A stretch of 64,000 bases of DNA, taken from contig CALTVC010000008.1 in assembly GCA_943912855.1 (NCBI GenBank), forward strand, positions 97,854-161,853. The letters are read 5' to 3'. This stretch comes from an uncultured Flavobacterium sp. (GTDB lineage Bacteria; Bacteroidota; Bacteroidia; Flavobacteriales; Flavobacteriaceae). Positions 9,012 through 20,086 of this stretch are shown here, piece by piece. A program made the position numbers and the translations under genes. Position 1 is the stretch's first letter, and each line of letters opens with the position of its first letter. The notes below the pieces were generated by a model that was given only the letters and a program-made list of their open reading frames with translations, was not told where the DNA came from and ran no database searches.

Positions 9012-10352
9012 TTATAGTATACCCCGTGCCTTGATTTCCAGGTATTTGTTTATACTGTCTACCGTAAGGTTCTCGGGTTTAGTAAGTACCGAATATATAC
9101 CATATTTACGTAACTCGTTTACAATGAGCCTTTTTTCAAACGCGAACTTTTCGGCAATTACCTGGTCGTATACCTGTTTTATGTGTTCGGGTGTGGTGTG
9201 TATAAGCTTGTCCAGTTCTACGTTTTCAAAAAACACCACCACCAGCATGTGGCTTTTGGCAATGGCCTTAAGGTATGGAAGCTGGCGTTTTAGCCCGTCA
9301 AGGGTTTCAAAGTTGGTATATAGCAGTAAAAGGCTACGCTGGGTAATGTTCCTCCGAAGGTTAGCATACAACGTGCCAAAGTCGCTTTCCAGGTAATTGG
9401 TATCGGCATTGTACAGTTTTTCCTGTATGCGCTGCATGTGGCCCGGTCTGCGGTCTGCAGGGACATAGTTGCCTACAGTTTTGCTAAAGGTAAGCATGCC
9501 CGCCTTGTCGTTTTTACGAAGTATAACACTGCTTAGTATTAACGCCGAGTTTACAGCGTGGTCCAGCAGGCTGAGTCCGTCAAACGGCATTTTCATTATC
9601 CTGCCGGTATCTATTATGGTATAGATGTTTTGCGAGCGCTCGTCCTGAAACTGGTTTACCATGAGCTGTTTGCGCTTTGCGGTAGCTTTCCAGTTTATGG
9701 TACGCAGGTCGTCGCCGCTTACGTATTCTTTTATCTGTTCAAACTCCATGGTATGCCCCAGGCGACGTATTTTTTTCAGTCCGTGTTCAAAGAGCTTGTT
9801 GTTCATAGCCATGAAATCATATTTATGCAGTTGCAAGTAAGATGGGTACACGGGTACCATAACGCCTTCTTCAAAAATAAACCTGCGACACGCAAGCCTC
9901 ATCGGACTGGATACGTACACATTCAGTTTACCAAAGTAGTATTCGCCACGCTTGGTAGGTTTCAGGAAAAAATCAAGAATCTGCGTTTTCCTGGCTCCTA
10001 TGGTTTTCAGTATACTGAAATCGCGCTCCTGAAACTGTACAGGTAATTCGTCTATTACCTTTATCCTTATGGGAAAAGAGTAGGGATTTACTATGGTTAT
10101 GCTTACCGGGTTTTCATCGCCGTTGCTGAATTTTTCGGCAGTTTTGCGTTTTGCGTCAAACTTTTTGCCTCCTGTATACAGCATAAGAAAATCAGTACCC
10201 AGCAGCACCAGGAAAATATAAGTAAGCAACCAGGTGGCGGTGTACAGCCACGGGAACAGGTACGACAGCAGGAATAGACCCAGTATCCCCGAAAAGAGAT
10301 AAAAGGCAAAGTTGTTTATGTAAATGCTTCGCAGCTGTTTCAGTAGCTTCAT
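9012..10352 (-). CDS. DUF58 (vWA-like) protein
   Basis: 'EFEQIKEYVSGDDLRTINWKATAK' DUF58 signature; follows the MoxR gene. Confidence 0.9.
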   Translation of the reverse strand: MKLLKQLRSIYINNFAFYLFSGILGLFLLSYLFPWLYTATWLLTYIFLVLLGTDFLMLYTGGKKFDAKRKTAEKFSNGDENPVSITIVNPYSFPIRIKVIDELPVQFQERDFSILKTIGARKTQILDFFLKPTKRGEYYFGKLNVYVSSPMRLACRRFIFEEGVMVPVYPSYLQLHKYDFMAMNNKLFEHGLKKIRRLGHTMEFEQIKEYVSGDDLRTINWKATAKRKQLMVNQFQDERSQNIYTIIDTGRIMKMPFDGLSLLDHAVNSALILSSVILRKNDKAGMLTFSKTVGNYVPADRRPGHMQRIQEKLYNADTNYLESDFGTLYANLRRNITQRSLLLLYTNFETLDGLKRQLPYLKAIAKSHMLVVVFFENVELDKLIHTTPEHIKQVYDQVIAEKFAFEKRLIVNELRKYGIYSVLTKPENLTVDSINKYLEIKARGIL

Positions 10353-11410
10353 TAACGTGGAATTTCTACGGTGTCTATAATCTGCTTAATGATCTGCTCT
10401 CCGGTAAGCCCTTCCATTTCACGTTCAGGGGCTACCACTACGCGGTGGCGCAGTACAGGGGTAGCAGCATTTTTAATATCTTCGGGTGTTACAAAGTCAC
10501 GTCCGTTTATGGCGGCAAAACCTTTAGATGCGTTTAGTATGGCTATAGATGCCCTTGGCGAAGCACCCAGGTACAGGAAGGCGTTTTCGCGGGTGTTATT
10601 TACTATTTTGGCTATGTACTCTATAAGCTGCGGCTCTATCATTATCTGCTTTACAAGACCCTGGTATTTTATAAGGTCTTCGCGGGTGATTACCGTTTTT
10701 ATGGCATCGAGCTTACCGTGGTCTTTCAGCGCGTTTTCACGTTCCAGGATGGCTATTTCGTCGCGCAGGTTAGGGTAACCCAGGGTTATCTTAAACAAGA
10801 AACGATCCAGTTGCGCTTCGGGCAGGCGGTAGGTACCTTCCTGCTCTATGGGGTTTTGTGTGGCTATAACCAGGAACGGTGCTTCCAGTATGTGAGAGTT
10901 ACCTTCTATAGTTATCTGGCGTTCTTCCATAACCTCAAACAAAGCGGCCTGGGTTTTGGCAGGGGCACGGTTAATTTCGTCTATCAGTACGAAGTTAGAG
11001 AAGACAGGTCCTTTCTTAAACGTGAATTCTGAATTAGACAGACTAAATACCGATGTACCAAGGATGTCGCTCGGCATAAGATCGGGCGTAAACTGTATAC
11101 GGCTAAAGTCAAGCGAAAGCGTTTTACTCAGTAGTTTGGCGGTAATGGTTTTTGCTACACCCGGCACACCTTCTATAAGCACGTGCCCGTTGCTAAGCAG
11201 GGCTACGATAAGCTGGTCTATCATTTGGTGCTGTCCTACGATAACCGAACTTATTTCGCGCTTTATGGCCTCAATGCCTGCAGTAAGCGAAGTAAGGTTC
11301 AGGCGGGTGCCAAAGGTAATTTCGTCGTTATCGGTTTGTGGGGTAGCCGTATACTCCGGTTGGTTTACCGGTTCCTGCCCATCGGGCGTTATGTTTTCAA
11401 ATTCTGTCAT
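10352..11410 (-). CDS. moxR: MoxR-family AAA+ ATPase
   Basis: GVPGVAKT Walker A, 'RIQFTPDLMPSD', 'DEINRAPAKTQAALFE', 'ATQNPIEQEGTYRLPEAQLDRF'. Confidence 0.95.
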   Translation of the reverse strand: MTEFENITPDGQEPVNQPEYTATPQTDNDEITFGTRLNLTSLTAGIEAIKREISSVIVGQHQMIDQLIVALLSNGHVLIEGVPGVAKTITAKLLSKTLSLDFSRIQFTPDLMPSDILGTSVFSLSNSEFTFKKGPVFSNFVLIDEINRAPAKTQAALFEVMEERQITIEGNSHILEAPFLVIATQNPIEQEGTYRLPEAQLDRFLFKITLGYPNLRDEIAILERENALKDHGKLDAIKTVITREDLIKYQGLVKQIMIEPQLIEYIAKIVNNTRENAFLYLGASPRASIAILNASKGFAAINGRDFVTPEDIKNAATPVLRHRVVVAPEREMEGLTGEQIIKQIIDTVEIPR

Positions 11411-12597
11411 AACCGTAGTTTTTCTATGGCGTTATTTATTGCTATTACGTCGGCCTCACTGCTGCCCAGGTTAAGGCGATGCCTTTTTATAAGGGCTACA
11501 ACAGTAAGTATGTCGTCTATTGGTTTTCCGGTTTTAGCGTGGAGTTTTTCTGCGAAGTCTCCATCAAGGTCAAAAGTGTCTATGAAATATTCCCTGCGAA
11601 TGTGTTCCAGGAAATAAATAATTTTCTTTTCGATAATGGTATCATGGTCACCCTCCTGGTAGTAGAGGTTGCCTATGGTACGTGCAAAATCTATGGTAGT
11701 GTTTGTTATCGGGGTTATTATAGGTACTACACGCTGCCTGCGCCTTGCATTAAAGAAGATGAATAGTAGTAATGCAATCCACCCGAGCCACCAAAACGCC
11801 CTGAATGCAGGCTGTTTAAGGAAATAATCAAGCAGGCCTCTTTCTTGTTTACTGTGACCTGTACCTATCTGCCAGTAAATATCGCCTTCAGGCACTTTAG
11901 AGGCTACCGCTTCTACGTATTTGTAATGATTGTCTTTTAAAAGGTAATAATTACTAAACATAACGGGCTGTGTATGTAATACTACACGTCCGTAGCCATA
12001 AGGTATCTCTATGAAGTTTGGTGAACTTAATGTTCCCGATTTTTGGTAACCCAAAACCTTTATACTGTCATTAGCATTATCAAGGTCGAAATAAGCGTTA
12101 TCAAACCCTTTATCAAGAGCGTATTTTTTTGAAGGATTATCGGCAGTATAAACTTCCAGTTCTTTACCCATGGCAGGTAGCGTTACCATTTTTATTCCTA
12201 AAGAATCTGTAAAGCTTTCGGGCAGAGAAGGAACCGACAGGAATACTGTATTGCCCGATGAGGCAAACGTAAGCAACGATTCTTCGCTTCTGGGGTCTTC
12301 ATCTATACCATTACCCGAAATCCTCATGAAAGTACCACTTATTTTGTACTCATTCTTTACATAATCGTACAGGCTATCGGCAAGATAAGCCGCCGTGTAG
12401 CGAATACGGCTGATTTTACTTCCCTTAAACAAGTTGTTTGTTTCTTTGTCAAAAACATACAAGCCTAATGGTTTTTTACTCTTAATGCTGTAGTACGGAA
12501 TAAAATCAGGCTTTTTGGGCTCCATGGCATCGGCAAGCATAACCAGCATTAAAATAAACACCATAGCACCCAGTAGTATAAGTAAAAACTTTTTCAT
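11407..12597 (-). CDS. DUF4350-like membrane protein
   Basis: N- and C-terminal TM segments, 'RRRQRVVP...NTTIDFARTIGNLY'; typical position before moxR. Confidence 0.75.
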   Translation of the reverse strand: MKKFLLILLGAMVFILMLVMLADAMEPKKPDFIPYYSIKSKKPLGLYVFDKETNNLFKGSKISRIRYTAAYLADSLYDYVKNEYKISGTFMRISGNGIDEDPRSEESLLTFASSGNTVFLSVPSLPESFTDSLGIKMVTLPAMGKELEVYTADNPSKKYALDKGFDNAYFDLDNANDSIKVLGYQKSGTLSSPNFIEIPYGYGRVVLHTQPVMFSNYYLLKDNHYKYVEAVASKVPEGDIYWQIGTGHSKQERGLLDYFLKQPAFRAFWWLGWIALLLFIFFNARRRQRVVPIITPITNTTIDFARTIGNLYYQEGDHDTIIEKKIIYFLEHIRREYFIDTFDLDGDFAEKLHAKTGKPIDDILTVVALIKRHRLNLGSSEADVIAINNAIEKLRL

Positions 12598-12601
12598 AGT
12601 A

Positions 12602-13396
12602 CTAAATGGTATTAAGGGTTTTCCTGAAAGCGTTTTTCGCTTTTAGGTAGGCTGTGTTGTCAATAGCGAATTCACCGTACCAAATGTAGTCGTATACGTA
12701 TGACAGGTATTTAAAATCAGTACGAATATTAGTGTCGTTTATTTCATAATAATAGTCGGTATTGGTTTTATCCGTATTCCATTTTATAATTCCCCTGTTA
12801 GTAAGGTGTTGTAACAGCCATAGGTAATAGTAGCGTACGGCAAGCCTGTAGTCGCTTTCGTTTTCGGTCTTTAAAATCAGTCCTGCAAAATCAGTATTCA
12901 GTACATCTTCTACAGTTTCGCCTTCAGGTGCCATCTTGGCAGACTTTTTACCGAAGAACCCGCTAAAGCTACCTCTTACAAATCCTATAATTATTACCAC
13001 GACCAATCCAGTAATAATGAGTATTCCCATTATTTTAAGGAAAATTACCAGAAAAGATACTGATTTACCGCTTTTCGGGCCAATGCTAAAAAGGTTACGA
13101 AAAAAATCCCGAACACTACCAAGGAATCGTGTAAAGAAGTTATCGGGGGCTTTTTTTACGGTATAGTCAAAATCGCTGTCGTTGTACTTTTCTTTAAAAC
13201 CATTCCCGAAAGTGCGGTTTTTGTAAGTGGGTGGTTCTGCTATATAGTCATTGGGTTCTGCTACAGACGGAGCTTCTTCATAAATGGTGTCATTTATAGT
13301 ATAGTCCGGCTCCAGAGCTGCTTCATCATCCTGAAAAGCATAAGCAGGCAATGCTGTAAACAGCAATAATGGTATGTATGCTAATAGTTTTTTCAC
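12602..13396 (-). CDS. DUF4129-like membrane protein
   Basis: 'YRLAVRYYYLWLL...KTNTDY...YDYIWYGEF'; GTG start. Confidence 0.75.
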   Translation of the reverse strand: MKKLLAYIPLLLFTALPAYAFQDDEAALEPDYTINDTIYEEAPSVAEPNDYIAEPPTYKNRTFGNGFKEKYNDSDFDYTVKKAPDNFFTRFLGSVRDFFRNLFSIGPKSGKSVSFLVIFLKIMGILIITGLVVVIIIGFVRGSFSGFFGKKSAKMAPEGETVEDVLNTDFAGLILKTENESDYRLAVRYYYLWLLQHLTNRGIIKWNTDKTNTDYYYEINDTNIRTDFKYLSYVYDYIWYGEFAIDNTAYLKAKNAFRKTLNTI

Positions 13397-13411
13397 TCGT
13401 TGGCTGGTCGG

Positions 13412-14389
13412 TTATTGGACTTTTACTTCCTTTAGCATCTTTTTATTAACCCTGAACGGGTAAATAAGGTAATACCAGGAAATGAGTCCAAGCGTAAACA
13501 AAATTATAAAAATATTCAGTGCCATGTGCATATCCGGCGAATATCGGGTTATAAAACCTTCGAGTATTCCTGCGACTATGGTAAAAGGTATGGTACTGAA
13601 CCAAATGATAACACCATTTTTAAATCCTCGTTTTAGAGATTCTCCCCTGGAAAAGGTTTTGGGAAACAAAATGCTTGCGCCTATTACAAAGCCGGCGGCG
13701 GCTTCTATCACCATTCCGAAGATTTCCATGGCACCGTGTATCCAGATACCGCGAACACTTGCCCAAAAAACATTGTGTTCATAAAAAAAGTACTGAAACG
13801 CACCCAGCATCATCGTATTCTGAAAAAGTACATACGCTGTGCCTAGCCCGCCTGTAATGCCAAACATAAATTCTTTAATACCTACATTAAGGTTGTTTAG
13901 GGTAATACCTATGGCGCTACCCCAGTTGCTTCCGGTCTTATATACCGCTACGGGATTGCCATTTTCTATGTTTTCAAGGGTCATGTCTACATACTCATCG
14001 CCCACAATGAAACGAAGAAAGTCCGATTCTTGCGTAGCAGAAAACACTCCTATAAATAAGAAGAAGAAAAACAACACAAAGGCATACAATATATACCTGC
14101 GGTTTTGGTACACCACCAACGGTACATCTGTAGCAAAAAACTGCACCAGGCGGTTCTTTTCCTGACGCCTGGTTTTATATATCATCTGGTAGGTATGTGC
14201 TGCCAGATTGTTCAGGTAAACCACTGCCTTACTTTTAGGATAAAAAGTTTGGGCATAAGCAAGGTCGTTAATAAGCTGAATGTACAAGCTGGCAAGGTCG
14301 TCGGGATTTTTTTTTACGTTGCCGAAAATTGCCTGCTCAAATTCGAGCCATTTTTCTTTATTTTGTTTTATAAACGCAACTTCTCTCAT
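13412..14389 (-). CDS. SpoIIM/DUF95-family membrane protein
   Basis: 'MREVAFIKQNKEKW', 'DLAYAQTFYP', 'IWIHGAMEI', 'AGILEGFIT'; start reset to ATG 14389. Confidence 0.85.
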   Translation of the reverse strand: MREVAFIKQNKEKWLEFEQAIFGNVKKNPDDLASLYIQLINDLAYAQTFYPKSKAVVYLNNLAAHTYQMIYKTRRQEKNRLVQFFATDVPLVVYQNRRYILYAFVLFFFFLFIGVFSATQESDFLRFIVGDEYVDMTLENIENGNPVAVYKTGSNWGSAIGITLNNLNVGIKEFMFGITGGLGTAYVLFQNTMMLGAFQYFFYEHNVFWASVRGIWIHGAMEIFGMVIEAAAGFVIGASILFPKTFSRGESLKRGFKNGVIIWFSTIPFTIVAGILEGFITRYSPDMHMALNIFIILFTLGLISWYYLIYPFRVNKKMLKEVKVQ

Positions 14390-14411
14390 AGTAGCGCTAA
14401 AAATATAAAAT

Positions 14412-15161
14412 ATGTCGCAACTGACCATAACCACCACACAAAATGTAAATATAAATTTTACGGCATCTAATACAGGCGAAAGAGTACTGGCGTATCTTAT
14501 AGATATGGCTATATTTTTGGCGTATTATTTTTTTATAAACCTGCTTTTTAGCTTTACAGGCATAGAAAATTTACTTGCCACACAAGACCCCTGGACGCAG
14601 CGTGCCATTTACAGTATGGTGTACCTACCCATAATGCTGTATTCTCTTGTATGCGAAACTTTTATGGAAGGACAGAGTTTTGGAAAAAAAGTAATGAAAC
14701 TAAAGGTGATAAAAATGGATGGTTACCAGGCGGGTTTTGGTGATTATCTTATTCGCTGGATTTTCCGTGTGGTAGAAACCGCCGGTTTTTTAGGTATCAT
14801 AGGGCTTATTGTTATGATGATAAACAAAGATTCGCGCCGTCTTGGCGATCTTGCTGCCGGTACTGCGGTAATAAGCCTGAAAAATAACATTAACATTTCG
14901 CATACCATACTCAGGGAACTGGAGAATAATTATGTGCCTACTTATCCGCAGGTAATTAAACTTACCGATAACGATGTGCGTATAATTAAAGAAACTTATG
15001 ACGCTAGCTACCGTATAGCCGACTTTGCAACGATGGATAAGTTACAAACCAAAATAGAACAGGTTATGGGAATTACCTCTGTAAATAATAACTCGCTTGG
15101 TTTTGTAGATACAATACTAAAAGACTACAATTACTACACCCAGAACATGTTGAAAACTTAA
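14412..15161 (+). CDS. RDD-family membrane protein
   Basis: 'GERVLAYLID', 'GQSFGK', 'RRLGDLAAGT'. Confidence 0.9.
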   Translation: MSQLTITTTQNVNINFTASNTGERVLAYLIDMAIFLAYYFFINLLFSFTGIENLLATQDPWTQRAIYSMVYLPIMLYSLVCETFMEGQSFGKKVMKLKVIKMDGYQAGFGDYLIRWIFRVVETAGFLGIIGLIVMMINKDSRRLGDLAAGTAVISLKNNINISHTILRELENNYVPTYPQVIKLTDNDVRIIKETYDASYRIADFATMDKLQTKIEQVMGITSVNNNSLGFVDTILKDYNYYTQNMLKT

Positions 15162-15239
15162 AAGTTAAATTATCTAACTTTTAAATTATTTTTTTATAAT
15201 TTTCAGTTTATAAAACTAACTTATAAAACGTGGAAGATT

Positions 15240-15566
15240 ATGAAAATGAGAATTTTAAGTTTTGTGTTTATAACGGCGGGAGTCAATTTTGTTTTTTGTC
15301 AGAATAATACTAAAACAAATACCGTAGCCAAAGATTCTGTAGTTGCCGTGCCTACCGTAGGTTACAGGGTTACCCAGGGAGAAACCGTAATTATGATAGC
15401 GCGCAAGTACCGTGTAACACCCAGAGAAATTTATACCCTTAACCCTGATGCTGTAAATGGCATTAGCCAGAATATGGTATTAATGCTTCCGGAAGATAAG
15501 GTGCGTGCTGTAGACCAGCGTAAAAAGCCTAAGCACGAAGGTGCTTACGCGGCCTCTCAGGACTAA
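15240..15566 (+). CDS. Small exported single-LysM protein
   Basis: Signal peptide and LysM 'YRVTQGETVIMIARKYRVTPREIYTLNP'. Confidence 0.8.
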   Translation: MKMRILSFVFITAGVNFVFCQNNTKTNTVAKDSVVAVPTVGYRVTQGETVIMIARKYRVTPREIYTLNPDAVNGISQNMVLMLPEDKVRAVDQRKKPKHEGAYAASQD

Positions 15567-15663
15567 GGGTGTGCTTTAACGTAAAATTAGGTAAAAAACG
15601 CCCTGAGGTGCCGTTACAAAATGTAACTTTGTGTCGTCTTTAAAATGTAAAACACCCATAGGC

Positions 15664-17586
15664 ATGAAGTACCTTTTAGCGCTTGCTTTTTCACTATCGG
15701 TTTTTTGTATGTCGGCTTTCGGGCAGGATTACAAAAAGCACAAAGTGGCAAAAGGCGAAACCATTACAAGTATCAGTAAAAAATACCTTGTAACCCCTCA
15801 TGATATTTACCGCCTTAACCCCGATGCAAAAAACGGGCTTAAGCTAGACAGCGTATTGCTCATACCTTCGGCTCCGGCAAAGACGTTGCCGGCAGGTACT
15901 ACTGTAAAAGAGGCTTCTACCAAAGTAATTAATAAAGAACATACCGTAGCGACAGGCGAAACCCTGTTTAGCGTATCTAAAAAATACGGTGTTACCGTAG
16001 CCGACCTGGAAAAAGCAAATCCCGGGCATGGAAAAGATGGGCTTAAAGCTGGCGAAAAACTGGTTATTCCGGTAAAAGGTAGTGGTGTTGCCGCGCAGGC
16101 TAAGGAAGCTGAAAAGCAAATTGCCAAAAAACAGGAAACTGCCTATATGTACCATGTGGTAGAGCAGGGTGAAACCAAATACAGTATTTCTAAGAAGTTT
16201 GGCATGACGGTGCAGCTTTTGGAAGAAATGAACCCTGAGGTTAAAGATACACTTCCGCTGGGCTACAAACTGAAGCTGGCTAAAAACGCGGTGCTTGAAA
16301 AAGCCAAAGAACCCGCTGTTGCCGATAGCGATAAACCAGCTAAAACTGATTATAAAGACTATACCGTTCAGGCTAAAGAAACCCTGTACAGTCTTACCAA
16401 GCAAACCGGACTTACCGATGACGAACTTATAAAGCTGAACCCAGACCTTAAAGATGGGGTTAAAGAGGGGATGATTATTAAAGTGCCTTCGGGTACTGCT
16501 GCTCCTTTGCTAAATAAGGAGGTGGCTAATCTTTCGTCTTCACTGAAAAAAGACCAAGAGGCGAAGAAGCTTTCTTTACTACTACCGTTTAATATGTACA
16601 GGCTGGAGACCGATACCATAAAATCTAAACTACTGCGTACCGATAAGTTTCTTAACCTTACACTTGATTTTTATGCGGGTGCTATGGTTGCTGTAGATTC
16701 GGCACGTGCTATGGGGCTTCCGATTAATGTACAGGTGCTGGATGCGAAAGAAAACACCAAGACATCTGACGTTGCTGCGCTAAAAAACAGTCTTACAGGG
16801 TCTGATGTTATTATAGGACCGTTCTTTCAGAACAATGCCGAAAGTACTGCCGCACTGTTCCCAAATGCTGTGGTGGTATCGCCATTGGCTAAAGAAACAG
16901 GTACGGCGCATGATAATCTCTACTACAGCATCCCTACAGATGAAACTATGCGTACTGCGCTATACGATTACCTGCAAAGTAAGGGAGGTAATGTAGTAGC
17001 TATCATTTCGAGTAAAAAGGTAAGCTCTCGTACGTTTATCAAAGCCAATTATCCTGATTTCAAAGTTCTGGAAGGTGATATTACCGGCGACGGCATACGT
17101 GCGTTGCTGGTTAAGGGTAAACGCAATTTTGTAATCCTGGACAGCGAAAACCTTGGTGCCATTACCGGTGCGGTTAAACTGATAAGCGAGCAACAAAAGG
17201 AATTCGATATTCAGCTTGCTGTTGCCGAAAAGAACGACAAGTACGATAATGATGAGGTTTCATTAGATAAACTTATTAAGCTGAAATTGCTTTACCCGTC
17301 TATTACAAAAGATGTACAAAGCGGGCAACAGGCATTGTTTGCAAAGTTGTACCGCCAAAAGAACGGAGCCAATCCGTCGCCATACGCTACACGTGGTTTT
17401 GATATTACTTTTGATATGATAGTGCGTATGTTCCAGCCCGACGAACTTAAGGCTGTTATGGGTACCAAGGCTACGGAGCAGGTAGAGAACAAGTTTATGT
17501 ACGTGCCACAAAATGGTGGTAACTACAATAAAGGTGTTTACATAATGCAGTACAACGAGGGCAATACCGTAACCGAAGCACAATAA
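15664..17586 (+). CDS. Multi-LysM peptidoglycan-binding protein with C-terminal periplasmic-binding-protein-like domain
   Basis: Four LysM repeats (H.V..GET..S.SKK.G), then 'LLLPF...DFYAG...IIGP'; TAACTTTG promoter at 15624-15631 supports ATG 15664. Confidence 0.9.
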   Translation: MKYLLALAFSLSVFCMSAFGQDYKKHKVAKGETITSISKKYLVTPHDIYRLNPDAKNGLKLDSVLLIPSAPAKTLPAGTTVKEASTKVINKEHTVATGETLFSVSKKYGVTVADLEKANPGHGKDGLKAGEKLVIPVKGSGVAAQAKEAEKQIAKKQETAYMYHVVEQGETKYSISKKFGMTVQLLEEMNPEVKDTLPLGYKLKLAKNAVLEKAKEPAVADSDKPAKTDYKDYTVQAKETLYSLTKQTGLTDDELIKLNPDLKDGVKEGMIIKVPSGTAAPLLNKEVANLSSSLKKDQEAKKLSLLLPFNMYRLETDTIKSKLLRTDKFLNLTLDFYAGAMVAVDSARAMGLPINVQVLDAKENTKTSDVAALKNSLTGSDVIIGPFFQNNAESTAALFPNAVVVSPLAKETGTAHDNLYYSIPTDETMRTALYDYLQSKGGNVVAIISSKKVSSRTFIKANYPDFKVLEGDITGDGIRALLVKGKRNFVILDSENLGAITGAVKLISEQQKEFDIQLAVAEKNDKYDNDEVSLDKLIKLKLLYPSITKDVQSGQQALFAKLYRQKNGANPSPYATRGFDITFDMIVRMFQPDELKAVMGTKATEQVENKFMYVPQNGGNYNKGVYIMQYNEGNTVTEAQ

Positions 17587-17605
17587 AACAACACACACAT
17601 AAAAA

Positions 17606-18007
17606 ATGGCAACATCTAAAGTAACTTACCTGGGCGATTTGCGCACGTCGTCTGTGCACCTGCAATCAGGAACCGAAATATTATCTGACGCCCCTGTAGA
17701 CAACAACGGCAGGGGAGAGGCTTTTTCTCCAACCGATACCGTAGCCAATGCGCTTGCAAGCTGTATGCTTACTATTATGGGTATAAAAGCACGCGATATG
17801 GGCGTAGCGCTGGAAGGTACTACTGCCGAGGTAACAAAAATTATGGCTACTGAGCCACGCAGGATTTCGGGTATTAAAATTGTGTTTGATTTTAAAAGCG
17901 ATGCTGACGAAAAATCACGCACCATTTTAGAGCGCGCCGCCATGACCTGTCCGGTATACCATAGCCTGCACCCGGATATTGTAAAAGACATTACGTTTAA
18001 CTGGTAA
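17606..18007 (+). CDS. OsmC-family protein
   Basis: 'DAPVDNNGRGEAFSPTD...LASC' and 'CPVYHSL'. Confidence 0.9.
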   Translation: MATSKVTYLGDLRTSSVHLQSGTEILSDAPVDNNGRGEAFSPTDTVANALASCMLTIMGIKARDMGVALEGTTAEVTKIMATEPRRISGIKIVFDFKSDADEKSRTILERAAMTCPVYHSLHPDIVKDITFNW

Positions 18008-18009
18008 GC

Positions 18010-18243
18010 ATGATAGAAAACCAGCAACAAGAACTTATAAAACTGGCACATGCCAAAATGCCCTTCGGTAAATACGAGGGGCGTTATATTTCTGACCTGC
18101 CCGAATATTATTTGGTGTGGTTTAAAAATAAAGGTTTTCCGAAAGGGAAGCTTGGTGAGCAACTTCAAATGGCATACGAACTTCAGCTAAATGGGCTTGA
18201 ACCGATATTGCGAAACATTCGCGCGCAGTATCCTAAGCCTTAA
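18010..18243 (+). CDS. DUF3820-family small protein
   Basis: 'MPFGKYEGRYISDLPEYYLVWF..KGFPKGKLG'. Confidence 0.85.
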   Translation: MIENQQQELIKLAHAKMPFGKYEGRYISDLPEYYLVWFKNKGFPKGKLGEQLQMAYELQLNGLEPILRNIRAQYPKP

Positions 18244-18245
18244 TT

Positions 18246-18349
18246 AATGTAACAATTTAACAGTTATACGATGTAACAATTACAATTTGTTGCGTCTAAT
18301 GCGGTGCGTTTTAAATTGTTGTATGCAGTAACCGATACATTGATTAATT
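18246..18349. repeat. Degenerate 8-nt-period inverted repeat (AATGTAAC type)
   Basis: AATGTAAC AATTTAAC AGTTATAC GATGTAAC, then TTTAAATT...GATACATT GATTAATT. Confidence 0.55.
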
Positions 18350-18367
18350 ACTTTCGCAGTCAATTAA

Positions 18368-20041
<1,674 letters not shown>

Positions 20042-20086
20042 CACTGTGCCTGACGAGCAGGCCGGTAGCTTCAACTATATGTAATA

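Noticed and set aside
13412..14389. Sporulation function for the SpoIIM-like gene
   Set aside because: Family name only; Flavobacteria do not form endospores, and the gene is part of the MoxR cluster.
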